Positions 11,202 through 21,859 of a stretch of DNA of 64,000 nucleotides are shown here, piece by piece. The stretch is taken from the NCBI GenBank assembly GCA_041654835.1, contig JBAZCQ010000002.1, positions 74,476 to 138,475 on the forward strand, in the 5' to 3' direction. Below the pieces are notes generated by a model. The model was not told the DNA's origin, made no database searches, and saw only the letters and a list, made by a program, of their open reading frames with translations. The stretch comes from Acholeplasmataceae bacterium (lineage in GTDB: Bacteria; Bacillota_I; Bacilli_A; Acholeplasmatales; Acholeplasmataceae). Position 1 is the stretch's first letter; the number at the start of each line of letters is the position of its first letter. Position numbers and translations under genes: made by a program.

Positions 11202-13613
11202 TTATCGTACAACAATATTGACTAACTTATTTTTAATAACAATCACTTTGAGAATCTCAAGATTTTCAAGGTGTTTTTTAACGTTTTCTTGTTCTAACGC
11301 AAGCGTTTCTAAAGCTTCATTTGTTAAGCCAACCTTTTCAGTAAAACGAGCTCTTACTTTTCCGTTGATTTGGACGACGTACTCAACTTCATCAACGACT
11401 AAGTATTTTTCATCGTATGTTGGCCACTCAGAATAAAGTAATTCTTCATTTATTTTTAAAATCGTTTCATTCAGCTCTTCTGTTATGTGTGGCGCAATCG
11501 GATTTAATAGTTGTAAGAAGCCGCGTGCTTGTTTTTTACCAATGGTTTGAGCTTTATACACTTCATTAACGAAAATCATCATTTGACTTATTGCAGTGTT
11601 TAAGGCGAGCTTATCGTAATCTTCAGTCACCTTTTTAATTGTTTGGTGATAGACAGTCTGTAACGCTTCAACGTCTTCTTCTTGGACGGGAAAATCAAAC
11701 ATACGCCAAACTCGATCTAAAAACTTCTTCGCTCCATTTAAATTGTCTTCTGACCAAGCCTTTTCTGCTTCTAAAGGTCCCATAAACATTTCATAAAGAC
11801 GCAATGCGTCTGCACCATGCGAATGGAAAATATCATCAGGATTTAAGACATTACCTCGTGATTTACTCATTTTTGAATGATCAGAACCTAAAATCATGCC
11901 TTGATTAAATAACCGTTTGAATGGTTCTTTATGAGAAATTAAGCCAATATCATAAAAGAACTTCGTCCAAAAACGAGAATATAATAAATGGCCAACAGCA
12001 TGTTCAGCACCGCCAATGTATAAATCAACAGGAAGCCATTTATCTAGTGCTTTTTTAGCATCACTTGAATTTAAAGGAATCATTGCTAAATGACTTTTTA
12101 AAACATAACCGAGGAAATACCAAGAACTACCCGCTAATTGAGGCATTGTATTGGTCTCACGTCTCCCCTTCACTTTGCCAGTGTTGACATAAAGCCAATC
12201 GGTTGCATTGGCAAGTGGTGATTCGCCTGTACCACTAGGACGAAAGTTTTTTAACTCTGGTAATTCAAGGGGTAACTCATCATCTTCTAATAAGTGAATC
12301 TCACCTTCTTCATCAAAAATAACAGGGAAAGGTTCACCCCAATAACGCTGACGAGAAAAGACCCAATCGCGTAACTTATACATATTATGTGCATAACCTA
12401 ATTTGGTTTTCTCTAAATATTCAATAATTTTTTGGATGGCTTGTTCATTGTTTAAACCATCGATAATTCCACTATTAAAATGGATACCATCACCAGTAAA
12501 AGCGCCTTCTGCTTCACCTTGGACAACTTCGATTATATCTAAACCATAAACTTGAGCAAATTCAAAATCACGATCATCGTGAGCTGGCACTGCCATGACC
12601 GCACCTGTTCCATATCCAGGTAGAACATAGTCCGCGACCCAAATAGGAATCTTTTTATGATTTAACGGATTGATCGCATAAGCACCGGTGAAAACACCTG
12701 TTTTCTCATGAGCTGCGCTCCGGTCAATTTCTGTTTTCGCTTTAGCAGACTCAATATAAGTATTGACTGCATCGTATTCATCCGATGTGGTAATTTCTAA
12801 AACAAGAGGGTGTTCTGGTGCTAAAACACAATAGGTTGCGCCATAGATGGTGTCGGGTCTTGTTGTGAAGATTTCAAACTCTAAATCTGAATGAGCAACC
12901 TTAAAAGTCATCATCGCCCCTTGGGATTTACCAATCCAATTGCGTTGCATCTCCTTTAAATGCTCAGGCCAATCTAATTGATCCAAATCTTCTAATAAGC
13001 GATCTGCGTATTTAGTAATTTTTAGAACCCATTGACGCATGGCTCGTTTAACGACTGGATAACCTCCTCGTTCAGAAACCATTTTGCCATCAACGATTAA
13101 AACTTCTTCATTAGCTAATACCGTTCCTAGACCTTCACACCAATTGACTTCAATATCTTTTAATTCAGCCAATCCATGTTCATATAACTTTTTAAAAATC
13201 CATTGTGTCCATTTAAAATAACCAGGGTCAGATGTGGCAAATTCTCTTTCCCAATCAATCCCTTTGCCAGACTCAATAATTTGTCTTTTATAGTTTGCAA
13301 TGTTTTCATACGTAAAAGCGCGGGGATCTTTACCTGTTGCAAGCGCATATTGTTCTGCAGGCAAACCAAAAGCATCCCATCCCATGGGATGAAGCACGTT
13401 GTAGCCTTGCATCCGCTTAAAGCGGTTAATAATGTCACTTGCCGTATAACCCTCAATGTGGCCTACATGAAGCCCAGAGGCACTCGGATAAGGAAACATA
13501 TCTAGAACATAATATTTTGGTTTAAATCTGTCATCTTGGGTCTTGAAAAGTTTATTTTCATGCCAATGTTTTTGCCATTTTTTTTCAATTTCTCTAAAAA
13601 GATAATGTTTCAT
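11202..13613 (-). CDS. leuS: Leucine--tRNA ligase
   Basis: 803 aa. HIGH-type motif (HVGHIEGY) and KMSKS are present, with an editing-domain insertion. Confidence 0.98.
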   Translation of the reverse strand: MKHYLFREIEKKWQKHWHENKLFKTQDDRFKPKYYVLDMFPYPSASGLHVGHIEGYTASDIINRFKRMQGYNVLHPMGWDAFGLPAEQYALATGKDPRAFTYENIANYKRQIIESGKGIDWEREFATSDPGYFKWTQWIFKKLYEHGLAELKDIEVNWCEGLGTVLANEEVLIVDGKMVSERGGYPVVKRAMRQWVLKITKYADRLLEDLDQLDWPEHLKEMQRNWIGKSQGAMMTFKVAHSDLEFEIFTTRPDTIYGATYCVLAPEHPLVLEITTSDEYDAVNTYIESAKAKTEIDRSAAHEKTGVFTGAYAINPLNHKKIPIWVADYVLPGYGTGAVMAVPAHDDRDFEFAQVYGLDIIEVVQGEAEGAFTGDGIHFNSGIIDGLNNEQAIQKIIEYLEKTKLGYAHNMYKLRDWVFSRQRYWGEPFPVIFDEEGEIHLLEDDELPLELPELKNFRPSGTGESPLANATDWLYVNTGKVKGRRETNTMPQLAGSSWYFLGYVLKSHLAMIPLNSSDAKKALDKWLPVDLYIGGAEHAVGHLLYSRFWTKFFYDIGLISHKEPFKRLFNQGMILGSDHSKMSKSRGNVLNPDDIFHSHGADALRLYEMFMGPLEAEKAWSEDNLNGAKKFLDRVWRMFDFPVQEEDVEALQTVYHQTIKKVTEDYDKLALNTAISQMMIFVNEVYKAQTIGKKQARGFLQLLNPIAPHITEELNETILKINEELLYSEWPTYDEKYLVVDEVEYVVQINGKVRARFTEKVGLTNEALETLALEQENVKKHLENLEILKVIVIKNKLVNIVVR

Positions 13614-13693
13614 AAAATCCCTACTTTCAATTTAACTCTATTATACACAAAAAAATAAGTAAACCCAATAAAAAAAGGGTGAACCCCTTATTT

Positions 13694-13921
13694 TTATTGT
13701 AAAGCTTCAACGTACTTAACGAGATCCGCAACAACTTTAATATTTTGTGCTTCTTCGTCGCTAACTTCAACGTTAAATTCCTCTTCGATTTTCATAATTA
13801 ATTCAACCGCATCGATGGAGTCAGCTCCTAAATCTTCTGCAAGTCGTGCATCTAGAGAAATCTTTTCTGCTTCTACACCTAAACCTTCAACAATTAATTC
13901 TTTCACGCGTTCGAATACCAT
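13694..13921 (-). CDS. acpP: Acyl carrier protein
   Basis: 75 aa from the ATG at 13921, preceded by GGAGGA. The phosphopantetheine site is LGADSIDAVEL. The longer track ORF (to 13978) has no RBS. Confidence 0.9.
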   Translation of the reverse strand: MVFERVKELIVEGLGVEAEKISLDARLAEDLGADSIDAVELIMKIEEEFNVEVSDEEAQNIKVVADLVKYVEALQ

Positions 13922-14038
13922 AAGTATATCCTCCTTCATTTGCATATGTATTATAAGTGATTTATAAAATTTTGTCAACGAAATATGATTAAATATTTGA
14001 AATTCAAACCATTATGTGTTTTTAACCATTTTTATTAT

Positions 14039-15511
14039 TTAGTCAATTCGTGCTCGACCTGATAAAATCGTGAGCCACTTGACTTTATAGCGAAGACTCT
14101 TCGTTAAATCTCGCTTTATGAAGCGCCATTGCCAGTTTTTCCCTACGGTTGCTGGTTGGTTCATCCGAGCACGATCTGTTAAATTAAGATAATCTTGAAG
14201 AGGAATAATGACAGTTTCTGCAGCAGATTGAAGCGTAGTCCAAATGATTTGTTCAGATATCGGTAAACCTTTTTTAGCCATGATATACGAACGGATATAA
14301 CGGCGATTCTTTCGGTCCATGTCACGATACCATGAACGGGTTGTTTGATTATCGTGTGTTCCAGTATATGCGATTGTATGAATCGGGTAAAGGTGGGGTT
14401 GATATTCATTTTCTTTTTGATCAGAAAAACCAAATTGAAACACTTTCATCCCAGGATAACCGGTTGTTTTTAAAAGGGTTCGTACATCTTCTGTTAAAAC
14501 TCCTAAATCTTCCGCAATAATATTAACATCACCTAACTCTTCTTTAAGAGTATTGAAGAACGTTTCCCCCGGTCCTTGAGCCCAAACACCATGTTCTGCT
14601 GTTTTGGCTCCATAAGGGATGCGATAAAATCGAACAAAACCAATAAAGTGATCAATTCGAACATGATCGTATAAGTTTAAAGCGTAACGAACACGATGAA
14701 GCCACCATGCATAATTTTGTTTGTGTAATACTTCCCAATGATAAAGGGGATTACCCCATAGTTGGCCTTCACTCGTAAAACCATCCGGTGGTACACCAGC
14801 TACATCGGTAGGTTTGCGTTTTTCATCAAGTAAAAAGAGTTCTGGATGGGCCCAAACATCACTACTATCGTATGCGACATAAATAGGCATATCACCCACT
14901 ATTTCAATCCCTCTGCTATTGGCATGTCGTTTTAATTTTAACCATTGCTGGTGAGCTTTAAACTGTAAAAACTGATGAAAAGCAATTTCTTCTTGATATT
15001 TTTCTTGATAGGTAAGTAAAGCCTCTGGCCTCCGCATCCGAATGTTTTCATCCCAATAAAGCCAAGATTGATCTTTAAAAGCTTTCTTTATTGCCATAAA
15101 CAAAGCATAATCATTAAGCCAAGACGCCTCTTTTAAAATAAAAGTTTGATAATCTTCTGTCGGTTCAAAGCGGGAAAAAGCCAATCTTAATAAAGGTGTT
15201 CTCGTTTCATACAAGTGACCGTAATCTATCTTTTTCTTTCGTTTTTTAGCTGTTTTTGTTTCTTCCACATTTAATAAGCCTTCAACAACTAATAAATCAA
15301 TATCGATAAAATATGGATTATGAGCAAAAACAGAAAACGATTGGTAAGGTGAATTACCAAACGAAGTCGGTCCTAGTGGTAAGATTTGCCAAAGAGATTG
15401 TTTTGTTTTGACAAGAAAATCAATAAAATCGAATGCCGTTTGACCATAACTACCGATTCCATAAGGATTAGGCAAACTGGAAATATGGCATAAGATACCG
15501 CTTTTTCTCAC
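14039..15511 (-). CDS. malQ: 4-alpha-glucanotransferase (amylomaltase, GH77)
   Basis: 490 aa. The N-terminus GILCHISSLPNPYGIGS and the overall GH77 pattern fit amylomaltase. Confidence 0.93.
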   Translation of the reverse strand: MRKSGILCHISSLPNPYGIGSYGQTAFDFIDFLVKTKQSLWQILPLGPTSFGNSPYQSFSVFAHNPYFIDIDLLVVEGLLNVEETKTAKKRKKKIDYGHLYETRTPLLRLAFSRFEPTEDYQTFILKEASWLNDYALFMAIKKAFKDQSWLYWDENIRMRRPEALLTYQEKYQEEIAFHQFLQFKAHQQWLKLKRHANSRGIEIVGDMPIYVAYDSSDVWAHPELFLLDEKRKPTDVAGVPPDGFTSEGQLWGNPLYHWEVLHKQNYAWWLHRVRYALNLYDHVRIDHFIGFVRFYRIPYGAKTAEHGVWAQGPGETFFNTLKEELGDVNIIAEDLGVLTEDVRTLLKTTGYPGMKVFQFGFSDQKENEYQPHLYPIHTIAYTGTHDNQTTRSWYRDMDRKNRRYIRSYIMAKKGLPISEQIIWTTLQSAAETVIIPLQDYLNLTDRARMNQPATVGKNWQWRFIKRDLTKSLRYKVKWLTILSGRARID

Positions 15512-15527
15512 AAAAATGCCTCCAAGA

Positions 15528-17375
15528 TTAAGGTTTATATTTTAAAATAAGGGCAGAGAAGGGACCCAACCGTGGCTGGAGATGGTGTTTAAATGGACCT
15601 CTTTCTCCTACTTTTGTTATAAGTGTTTTAGGATTGATTAAGCCTGTACCTTGATATGTTTCATCATTACTATTTAAAATTTCTTGGTAGTTCCCTGAAT
15701 AAGGAACTCCGATATCATATGTTTGGTGGGTATTGGGTGTCATATTTAAAACAACGATAATCGTCTCATCATCTCCATATCTTGCAAAGGCAAAAACCGA
15801 TTGGTTTTTATCATCAACAACTGACCATTGAAAACCTTTTGGTTTATGGTCATATTGATATAAAGCAGGGTGATTACGGTAAACCCAAGCCAGTGATTTA
15901 AAATAAGCATGTTGTTTTTGATAAACTGGATCTGCTAAAATTTCCCATGGTAATTCTCGATGAACATCCCACTCATGAAAGCCAGCAAACTCCTGTCCCA
16001 TAAACAATAATTTCTTTCCTGGATGCGTCATCCAAAAAGCAAGTAAAAGCCGCCACTGCGCGTGTTTCTGCCATAAATCACCAGGCATTTTATTTGCTAG
16101 ACTCCCTTTCATATGAACGACTTCATCGTGTGAGAAAGGCAATACAAATTGTTCGTTATACGCATAAACCATGCTAAACGTTATTTGATTGTGGTGATGT
16201 TTGCGAAAGAGAGGGTCTGCTTTAAAATAACTTAAGACATCATTCATAAACCCCATGTTCCATTTGTAATTAAAACCTAGACCACCTTGGTCAACAGGAT
16301 GAGTCACTTTCGGATAAGCTGTAGAGTCTTCAGCTATGAACAAAAAGCGGTCATCTATTTTAAATAAATGAGTCGAAGCTTGTTTCAAAAAAGCAATTGC
16401 ATCTGGATTAACACCTTGATTCATATCACCTAAGTAATAAATTAAGTTAGCGACTGCATCTAAACGAAAACCATCGATATGAAACACTTCTTGCCAAAAG
16501 GTTAAGGCTGATAACATAAAACTTCTTGTAATACCTTTTGAAAAATCTAAATTATTTGTTCCCCAAACAACGTTTTCTCGGTGGAATGTATCGGAATATT
16601 CATAAAGAGGAGTTCCATCAAAAAAGCTGAGCCCATGCGCATCACGGCAAATATGACCAACAACAAAGTCCATAATGACGCCAATACCAGCTTGATGGAG
16701 CTGGTCAATTAAATACATAAAATCGTGTGGTGAACCGTATCTTGAAGTTGCCGCAAAATAACCGGTCCCTTGATAACCCCAAGAATCATCTAATGGATGT
16801 TCGTATGCGGGGAGGAATTCAACATGAGTATAACCGTAATCCTGTAAGTAATGAATAAGATCGGGGGCGAGTTCTCCATAGGTTTTATATTGACCATATT
16901 TTCGTTGCCACGACCCTAAATGCATTTCATAAATTAAGACAGGCTCTTGATAACTTTTCTTTTTTGTTTTATGCCATTTTTCATCATGCCACTGGTAGTG
17001 GTCTAAACGACAAACTTTTGAACCTGTATCAGGTCTTACTTCACTAAAAAAAGCAAATGGATCCGCTTTATATAAAATATGACCATCATGCGTATGAATT
17101 TCATATTTATATGTTTCCCATTCTAAATTTCCAGGAATTTCAATACGATAAAATCCTTGATGATTAATTTTAGTCAAAACGTGTTTCCAACCTTCATACT
17201 GGTTAAAACTAGCAATTAAACGAACTTCTTTGGCGTGTGGAGCATAGACAGTAAACTGGGTGCTAATGACTTCACCCTTTTCATTTTTCAATAAATGAGC
17301 GCCTAAAAAACGGTATGCATAAGCATGCGTTCCTTGTAAATATGTATCGATATCATGTTGATCAATGATACGCAT
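15528..17375 (-). CDS. glgB: 1,4-alpha-glucan branching enzyme (GH13)
   Basis: 615 aa. GH13 regions DFVVGH, GFRLDAV, IAEDST and FSHDEV are present, with an N-terminal CBM48-like region. Confidence 0.92.
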   Translation of the reverse strand: MRIIDQHDIDTYLQGTHAYAYRFLGAHLLKNEKGEVISTQFTVYAPHAKEVRLIASFNQYEGWKHVLTKINHQGFYRIEIPGNLEWETYKYEIHTHDGHILYKADPFAFFSEVRPDTGSKVCRLDHYQWHDEKWHKTKKKSYQEPVLIYEMHLGSWQRKYGQYKTYGELAPDLIHYLQDYGYTHVEFLPAYEHPLDDSWGYQGTGYFAATSRYGSPHDFMYLIDQLHQAGIGVIMDFVVGHICRDAHGLSFFDGTPLYEYSDTFHRENVVWGTNNLDFSKGITRSFMLSALTFWQEVFHIDGFRLDAVANLIYYLGDMNQGVNPDAIAFLKQASTHLFKIDDRFLFIAEDSTAYPKVTHPVDQGGLGFNYKWNMGFMNDVLSYFKADPLFRKHHHNQITFSMVYAYNEQFVLPFSHDEVVHMKGSLANKMPGDLWQKHAQWRLLLAFWMTHPGKKLLFMGQEFAGFHEWDVHRELPWEILADPVYQKQHAYFKSLAWVYRNHPALYQYDHKPKGFQWSVVDDKNQSVFAFARYGDDETIIVVLNMTPNTHQTYDIGVPYSGNYQEILNSNDETYQGTGLINPKTLITKVGERGPFKHHLQPRLGPFSALILKYKP

Positions 17376-17384
17376 CTAATCACC

Positions 17385-19340
17385 TCACTTTTTCTGTTTG
17401 TGAAAAATAATGACTCCTGGATGTTTTGTATAAAGGAAATTGTTTTTAATTTCAACATTTTGTGAAGAAAAAAGTAAATCTCCTTCTGGTAAAGCCCATG
17501 TTTCTGGCTTAAAATCAGTTTTTAGATAATGGGTCAATTGATGTTGTTCGTCTTCTAACTGATATATTATCAAAGACCCATGTTTTTGAGTTAGAGTTTT
17601 GTTTTCATTCGTTACTTGACGGTACATGGAAAATTGTTTTCGAATGGCCAAGATTACTTGTAGACGATCTACTGAAGTTGGATAAGAATGCCAACGGATT
17701 CCATTGATATGATCAGAGTCTTGATAAGAATTAGCAACCCCTTGTTTACTGCGGTATAATTCTTGGCCTGCATGATAAAAAGGGATTCCTAAAGCGATTG
17801 CTACCAAGTGGTTGACAAAATCTTGCAGTTGATGGTTTTCCTGAAGCGAATGATGAGAAACGCTCATCAGTTTATCGAAGTAAGTCATGTCATCATGACA
17901 TTCAACATAATTAATTGTTTGATTTAAAGATTGATATCCTTTTGGACTTCCTACTAAGGCTTCCATCGCTTGATTTATCAATTGAATGTTACCCATCGCA
18001 TACCCTTTTTGGTTAGTCTCGCCTCTCATGGTATTTCGAAAATAATCATTAAAATGAGCATACATAGGAAAATTGTTTTGGTTGGCCATCGTTGCTCGTT
18101 CTTCTAGTCTCATGACAGAATCCATCATCCAGCCTTCGCCATAGAGCATCACGTTAGGATTGATAGATTTTAGTTTCTTTTCAATTAGTCGCATCGTTTC
18201 TATATCCATGAGTCCCATTAAATCGAAACGAAAACCATCGACACGATAAACTTCTGCTAAAAAGACTAAACTATCTACAATCATTCGTCTAACCATAAAA
18301 CGTCTTGTTTCTACATCTGGGCCACAACCACATGACTCAGTTAATTGGTTATTTTTATCGTGGCGATAAAAATAGCCAGGAATGATTTTATCATAGGCAA
18401 AAGTCTTTCTTGTAAAAACATGATTGTAGACAACATCTAAATTGATTCCTAAACCAATGCTATGTGCATGTTTGACCACATTTTGAAAAGCAGTTATCTT
18501 TTCAAGCGGATTATTATTGTTTTTAATAAACCATCCTTCTAAAGCAAAATAGTGCGCTGGATTGTACCCCCAATTATAATGGGAATCTTTGTTTATTTCA
18601 TCTACCCCATAAAATGCTAAAATGGGCAACAACTGTAAATGAGTCATCCCTAAGTTTTTGATATATTCTAAAACAGTTCCTTCAAGCTTTTCACTGCGTG
18701 CAATTAAACCATCGAAAAGACCTGGATCGGAAACATCTAAAAAGCGAGTTAAATCTCGGACATGGCCTTCATAAATTACTGCATCAACATTATTTTTTAA
18801 CATAATCGGTGATGGTTCAAGTTTTGGAACTCGATTTAAATCAACAATGATGCCTTTTTGTTGGTAGATTATTTTAGCATAAGGATCATCGACTTCATCC
18901 AAGGCATCAACTAAACGCACTTGAAAATGATATTTTTCTAAATGATAATCGCCAGGTAAAGAAAGATGCCAAACGGGCATCTTATAAGTCATGGGATAAG
19001 ATTTCCCCCCAACAACAACAAAAACGGCTTTCGCTACAGGCGTAAATAAATAAAAATCTGTTTGTTTTTTTGTACAAACTGCACCTAAAGGACCTTCATA
19101 ACGAAATCGTTGATCAAAGGTCTCTTTTAAAGTGACTAAACCAATTTGTAAAGCAAGCTTTTCATTATCAACCCAAATCGTATCTACAAGATGGAGCTCA
19201 AGGTCACGATCAGTTTCAAAAAATTGGTTATTATTTTCATTTTTCACCCATTGAAGGTTGTATCCAGGTAAGTGTATTTGTGTAATATATCCTGCATCTT
19301 CAATGCGAATGACGCGAAAATCATCGATAAAAGCGAGCAT
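17385..19340 (-). CDS. pulA: Type I pullulanase / debranching enzyme (GH13)
   Basis: 651 aa. It contains YNWGYNP, the type I pullulanase signature (YNWGYDP-like), plus GFRFDLM and YGEGW. Confidence 0.9.
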   Translation of the reverse strand: MLAFIDDFRVIRIEDAGYITQIHLPGYNLQWVKNENNNQFFETDRDLELHLVDTIWVDNEKLALQIGLVTLKETFDQRFRYEGPLGAVCTKKQTDFYLFTPVAKAVFVVVGGKSYPMTYKMPVWHLSLPGDYHLEKYHFQVRLVDALDEVDDPYAKIIYQQKGIIVDLNRVPKLEPSPIMLKNNVDAVIYEGHVRDLTRFLDVSDPGLFDGLIARSEKLEGTVLEYIKNLGMTHLQLLPILAFYGVDEINKDSHYNWGYNPAHYFALEGWFIKNNNNPLEKITAFQNVVKHAHSIGLGINLDVVYNHVFTRKTFAYDKIIPGYFYRHDKNNQLTESCGCGPDVETRRFMVRRMIVDSLVFLAEVYRVDGFRFDLMGLMDIETMRLIEKKLKSINPNVMLYGEGWMMDSVMRLEERATMANQNNFPMYAHFNDYFRNTMRGETNQKGYAMGNIQLINQAMEALVGSPKGYQSLNQTINYVECHDDMTYFDKLMSVSHHSLQENHQLQDFVNHLVAIALGIPFYHAGQELYRSKQGVANSYQDSDHINGIRWHSYPTSVDRLQVILAIRKQFSMYRQVTNENKTLTQKHGSLIIYQLEDEQHQLTHYLKTDFKPETWALPEGDLLFSSQNVEIKNNFLYTKHPGVIIFHKQKK

Positions 19341-19360
19341 GTTTCGTCTCTTTTCTTAAA

Positions 19361-21748
19361 TTATGAGTGAAGCCACGTAAAAGGGCGTAATTGCCAAATA
19401 TCTGTATTATAATCTTGAATGGTTCGATCGGATGTGAAAAAACCTGAATGAGCAATATTCATAATCATCATTTCTAACCATTTGTTTCGGTCCTGGTATA
19501 AAAGATTGGCTTTTTCATGCGCTTCAACATAACTAGCAAAATCTTTTAAAACAAGGAAGTAATCTGTATTTAATAAATTATGCATAATAAAATCATAATG
19601 TCCAGGATTGTCTTTTAATTTTCGGATAAACTTAAAAACATCTTTTAACCGTTGATCATTTTCATAAATTTCGTTGGGTTTATAATGATTATGACGATAT
19701 AGAGCAACAACTTCTTCAGAAGATAAACCAAAAATAATATTGTTTTCGCTTCCTGCTTCTTGGACAATTTCAACGTTAGCGCCATCCATTGTTCCAATGG
19801 TAATTGCACCATTCATCATAAACTTCATATTTCCTGTTCCACTCGCTTCTTTCGAAGCTGTCGAAATTTGTTCTGATAAATCAGCTGCTGTCATAATGTA
19901 TTCTGCGTAAGTCACATTGTAGTTTTCAACAAAAACAACTTTAAGTAAGTGATTTGTTTCTTCATCGTGATTGATTGTTTGGGCTGCATCATTGATGAGT
20001 TCAATAATCATTTTCGCCATCCGATAACTAGGTGCTGCCTTCGCTCCAAAGATAAATGTATGGGGAACGTAGTTGGCTTTAAAATCAGCATCCGTTTTCA
20101 AACGTTGATATAAATAAATAATGTGCAAAATGTTCATTAGTTGACGTTTGTATTCATGCAGCCTTTTTACTTGAATATCAAAAATGGAATTAACATCAAT
20201 AGTGATGTTTTCACGTTGCTGAATTTGCTCAGCTAAAATACGTTTTCTTGTTAACTTGACTTCCTCAAGCCGTTTTTGAACTTTAATATCTGTTTTAAAT
20301 TGAGCAAATTCCTTCAGTTTAGTTAAATCTTTTCGCCAGTCAATACCAATGGTATCGTCTAATAATTGGACCAATTCAGGATTGGTATGAATGAGCCAAC
20401 GACGGTGAGTCACACCGTTGGTTTTATTGTTAAACTTATGTGGATATAGTTGGTAAAAATCATTCATTTCTTGATGCTTTAAAATCTCTGTGTGAAGCGC
20501 AGCAACACCATTGACACTAAATGCCCCAAAGAGGCAAATGTGAGCCATCCGCACACGGTGTTGACCTATCAAACCCATTTGATATATTTGTTCGTTGTTA
20601 AAGCGACCATCCGCTTCTAATTCTCTTTTAAAGCGGCGGTTCATTTCTTGAATGATTTCATAAATTCTCGGTAGTAAAGTCCGGAAAATATGGATATCCC
20701 ATTTTTCTAATGCTTCTGATAAAATCGTATGGTTTGTAAAGGCACATGTTTGTGTCGTAATCTTCCATGCTTCATCGTAGCCCAAATGTTCTTCATCCAT
20801 TAAAATCCGCATCATTTCTGGAATAACAAGAGTTGGATGGGTGTCATTGAGTTGGAACGCATAATAATGGTGGAAATGACGGAGATCACGACCCAAATTG
20901 CGATGTTCTCTAATTGCAAGTTGAACCCCTGCTGCACTAAAGACATAAGACTGGGTTAAACGCAATGTTTTCCCTTGGTCGGTTGAATCATCGGGATATA
21001 AATGATCATCAATTTGGGAAACCATCTTTAAATAGCCCTCATCTTGATGTTTTTGTAAATCTGACGGTTCTGTTCCCCAAAGTCTTAGATGCGTCACGAC
21101 ACCGTTTTGATCGCCAACAATTTTCACCGTATAAGGAACTGCTTTAATCCAAACGGGATGTTTCAGTTGGGTGTGTTCTACATAACCAAAAAGCGGCAGA
21201 TGGATTGCGTTTTCTTCATCCTTCTCTTCCCATATAAACGGTGTGTTTAACCATGTATCAGGATATTCAACTTGTTGGTTATTTTCAAATTTTTGTCTAA
21301 AAAAACCATGTTTATATCGTAAACTGTTACCATAAAGCGGCAAACCCAATGATGCAGCTGAATCTAAGAAACAAGCAGATAAGCGGCCTAAGCCACCATT
21401 GCCTAAACCTGCATCAACTTCAGCGTGTTCAACTTCATTTAAATCATAACCAAATTCATAAAACGCTTCTTTAACAAGGTTATAATATCCGCTGTTTTGT
21501 AAGTTATTAGTAATTAAACGTCCCATTAAAAACTCCATCGAAAAATAAATGGTTCGCTTTAATTGGTTCGTTATTAAATCTTGATTCGTTTTCTCAAAAT
21601 CAGTTTTAAAAGCGTCATCTAATAAATGTGCTAAAATATGATATCTTTGAGCAACACTTGCCTTCTTGGGGCTGGTTTGATAAATCGTTTGAAGTTTTTC
21701 AGTAAAAACTTCTTTAAATTGTTCTTTTGATTGAAATGCGTGGGTCAC
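19361..21748 (-). CDS. glgP: Glycogen/maltodextrin phosphorylase (GT35)
   Basis: 795 aa. The PLP-lysine motif EASGTGNMKFMMNGA is present. Confidence 0.96.
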   Translation of the reverse strand: MTHAFQSKEQFKEVFTEKLQTIYQTSPKKASVAQRYHILAHLLDDAFKTDFEKTNQDLITNQLKRTIYFSMEFLMGRLITNNLQNSGYYNLVKEAFYEFGYDLNEVEHAEVDAGLGNGGLGRLSACFLDSAASLGLPLYGNSLRYKHGFFRQKFENNQQVEYPDTWLNTPFIWEEKDEENAIHLPLFGYVEHTQLKHPVWIKAVPYTVKIVGDQNGVVTHLRLWGTEPSDLQKHQDEGYLKMVSQIDDHLYPDDSTDQGKTLRLTQSYVFSAAGVQLAIREHRNLGRDLRHFHHYYAFQLNDTHPTLVIPEMMRILMDEEHLGYDEAWKITTQTCAFTNHTILSEALEKWDIHIFRTLLPRIYEIIQEMNRRFKRELEADGRFNNEQIYQMGLIGQHRVRMAHICLFGAFSVNGVAALHTEILKHQEMNDFYQLYPHKFNNKTNGVTHRRWLIHTNPELVQLLDDTIGIDWRKDLTKLKEFAQFKTDIKVQKRLEEVKLTRKRILAEQIQQRENITIDVNSIFDIQVKRLHEYKRQLMNILHIIYLYQRLKTDADFKANYVPHTFIFGAKAAPSYRMAKMIIELINDAAQTINHDEETNHLLKVVFVENYNVTYAEYIMTAADLSEQISTASKEASGTGNMKFMMNGAITIGTMDGANVEIVQEAGSENNIIFGLSSEEVVALYRHNHYKPNEIYENDQRLKDVFKFIRKLKDNPGHYDFIMHNLLNTDYFLVLKDFASYVEAHEKANLLYQDRNKWLEMMIMNIAHSGFFTSDRTIQDYNTDIWQLRPFTWLHS

Positions 21749-21829
21749 GTCTTCAACTCCTATTCATAATGTCACAACTATTTTAACATAAAATGCTTAT
21801 TAAAGCGTCAATATCCCCTTAAATCCCAT

Positions 21830-21858
21830 TTAAAAAAGGTGAAGCATTTTCACCTTTT
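21830..21858 (-). terminator. Intrinsic terminator downstream of the nucleotidase lipoprotein gene
   Basis: Hairpin AGGTGAA-gcatt-TTCACCT is followed by a U-run on the minus strand. Confidence 0.7.
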
Positions 21859-21859
21859 T

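Noticed and set aside
13160-13505. Track ORFs of 60-125 aa lying antisense or out of frame inside long genes. Examples are 13160-13456 and 13203-13505 in leuS, 6484-8035 in polC, 14179-14520 in malQ, 26263-27609 in the MFS gene, and 41734-42342 in the DUF1538 gene.
   Set aside because: They are fully embedded in strongly supported genes. They have no RBS and low-complexity or unnatural composition, typical of random open frames in AT-rich DNA.
13614-13693. Looked for a T-box or other leader upstream of leuS.
   Set aside because: There are only about 80 nt of spacer. It contains the acpP terminator-like hairpin and no GGTGGTACCGCG-like T-box sequence.
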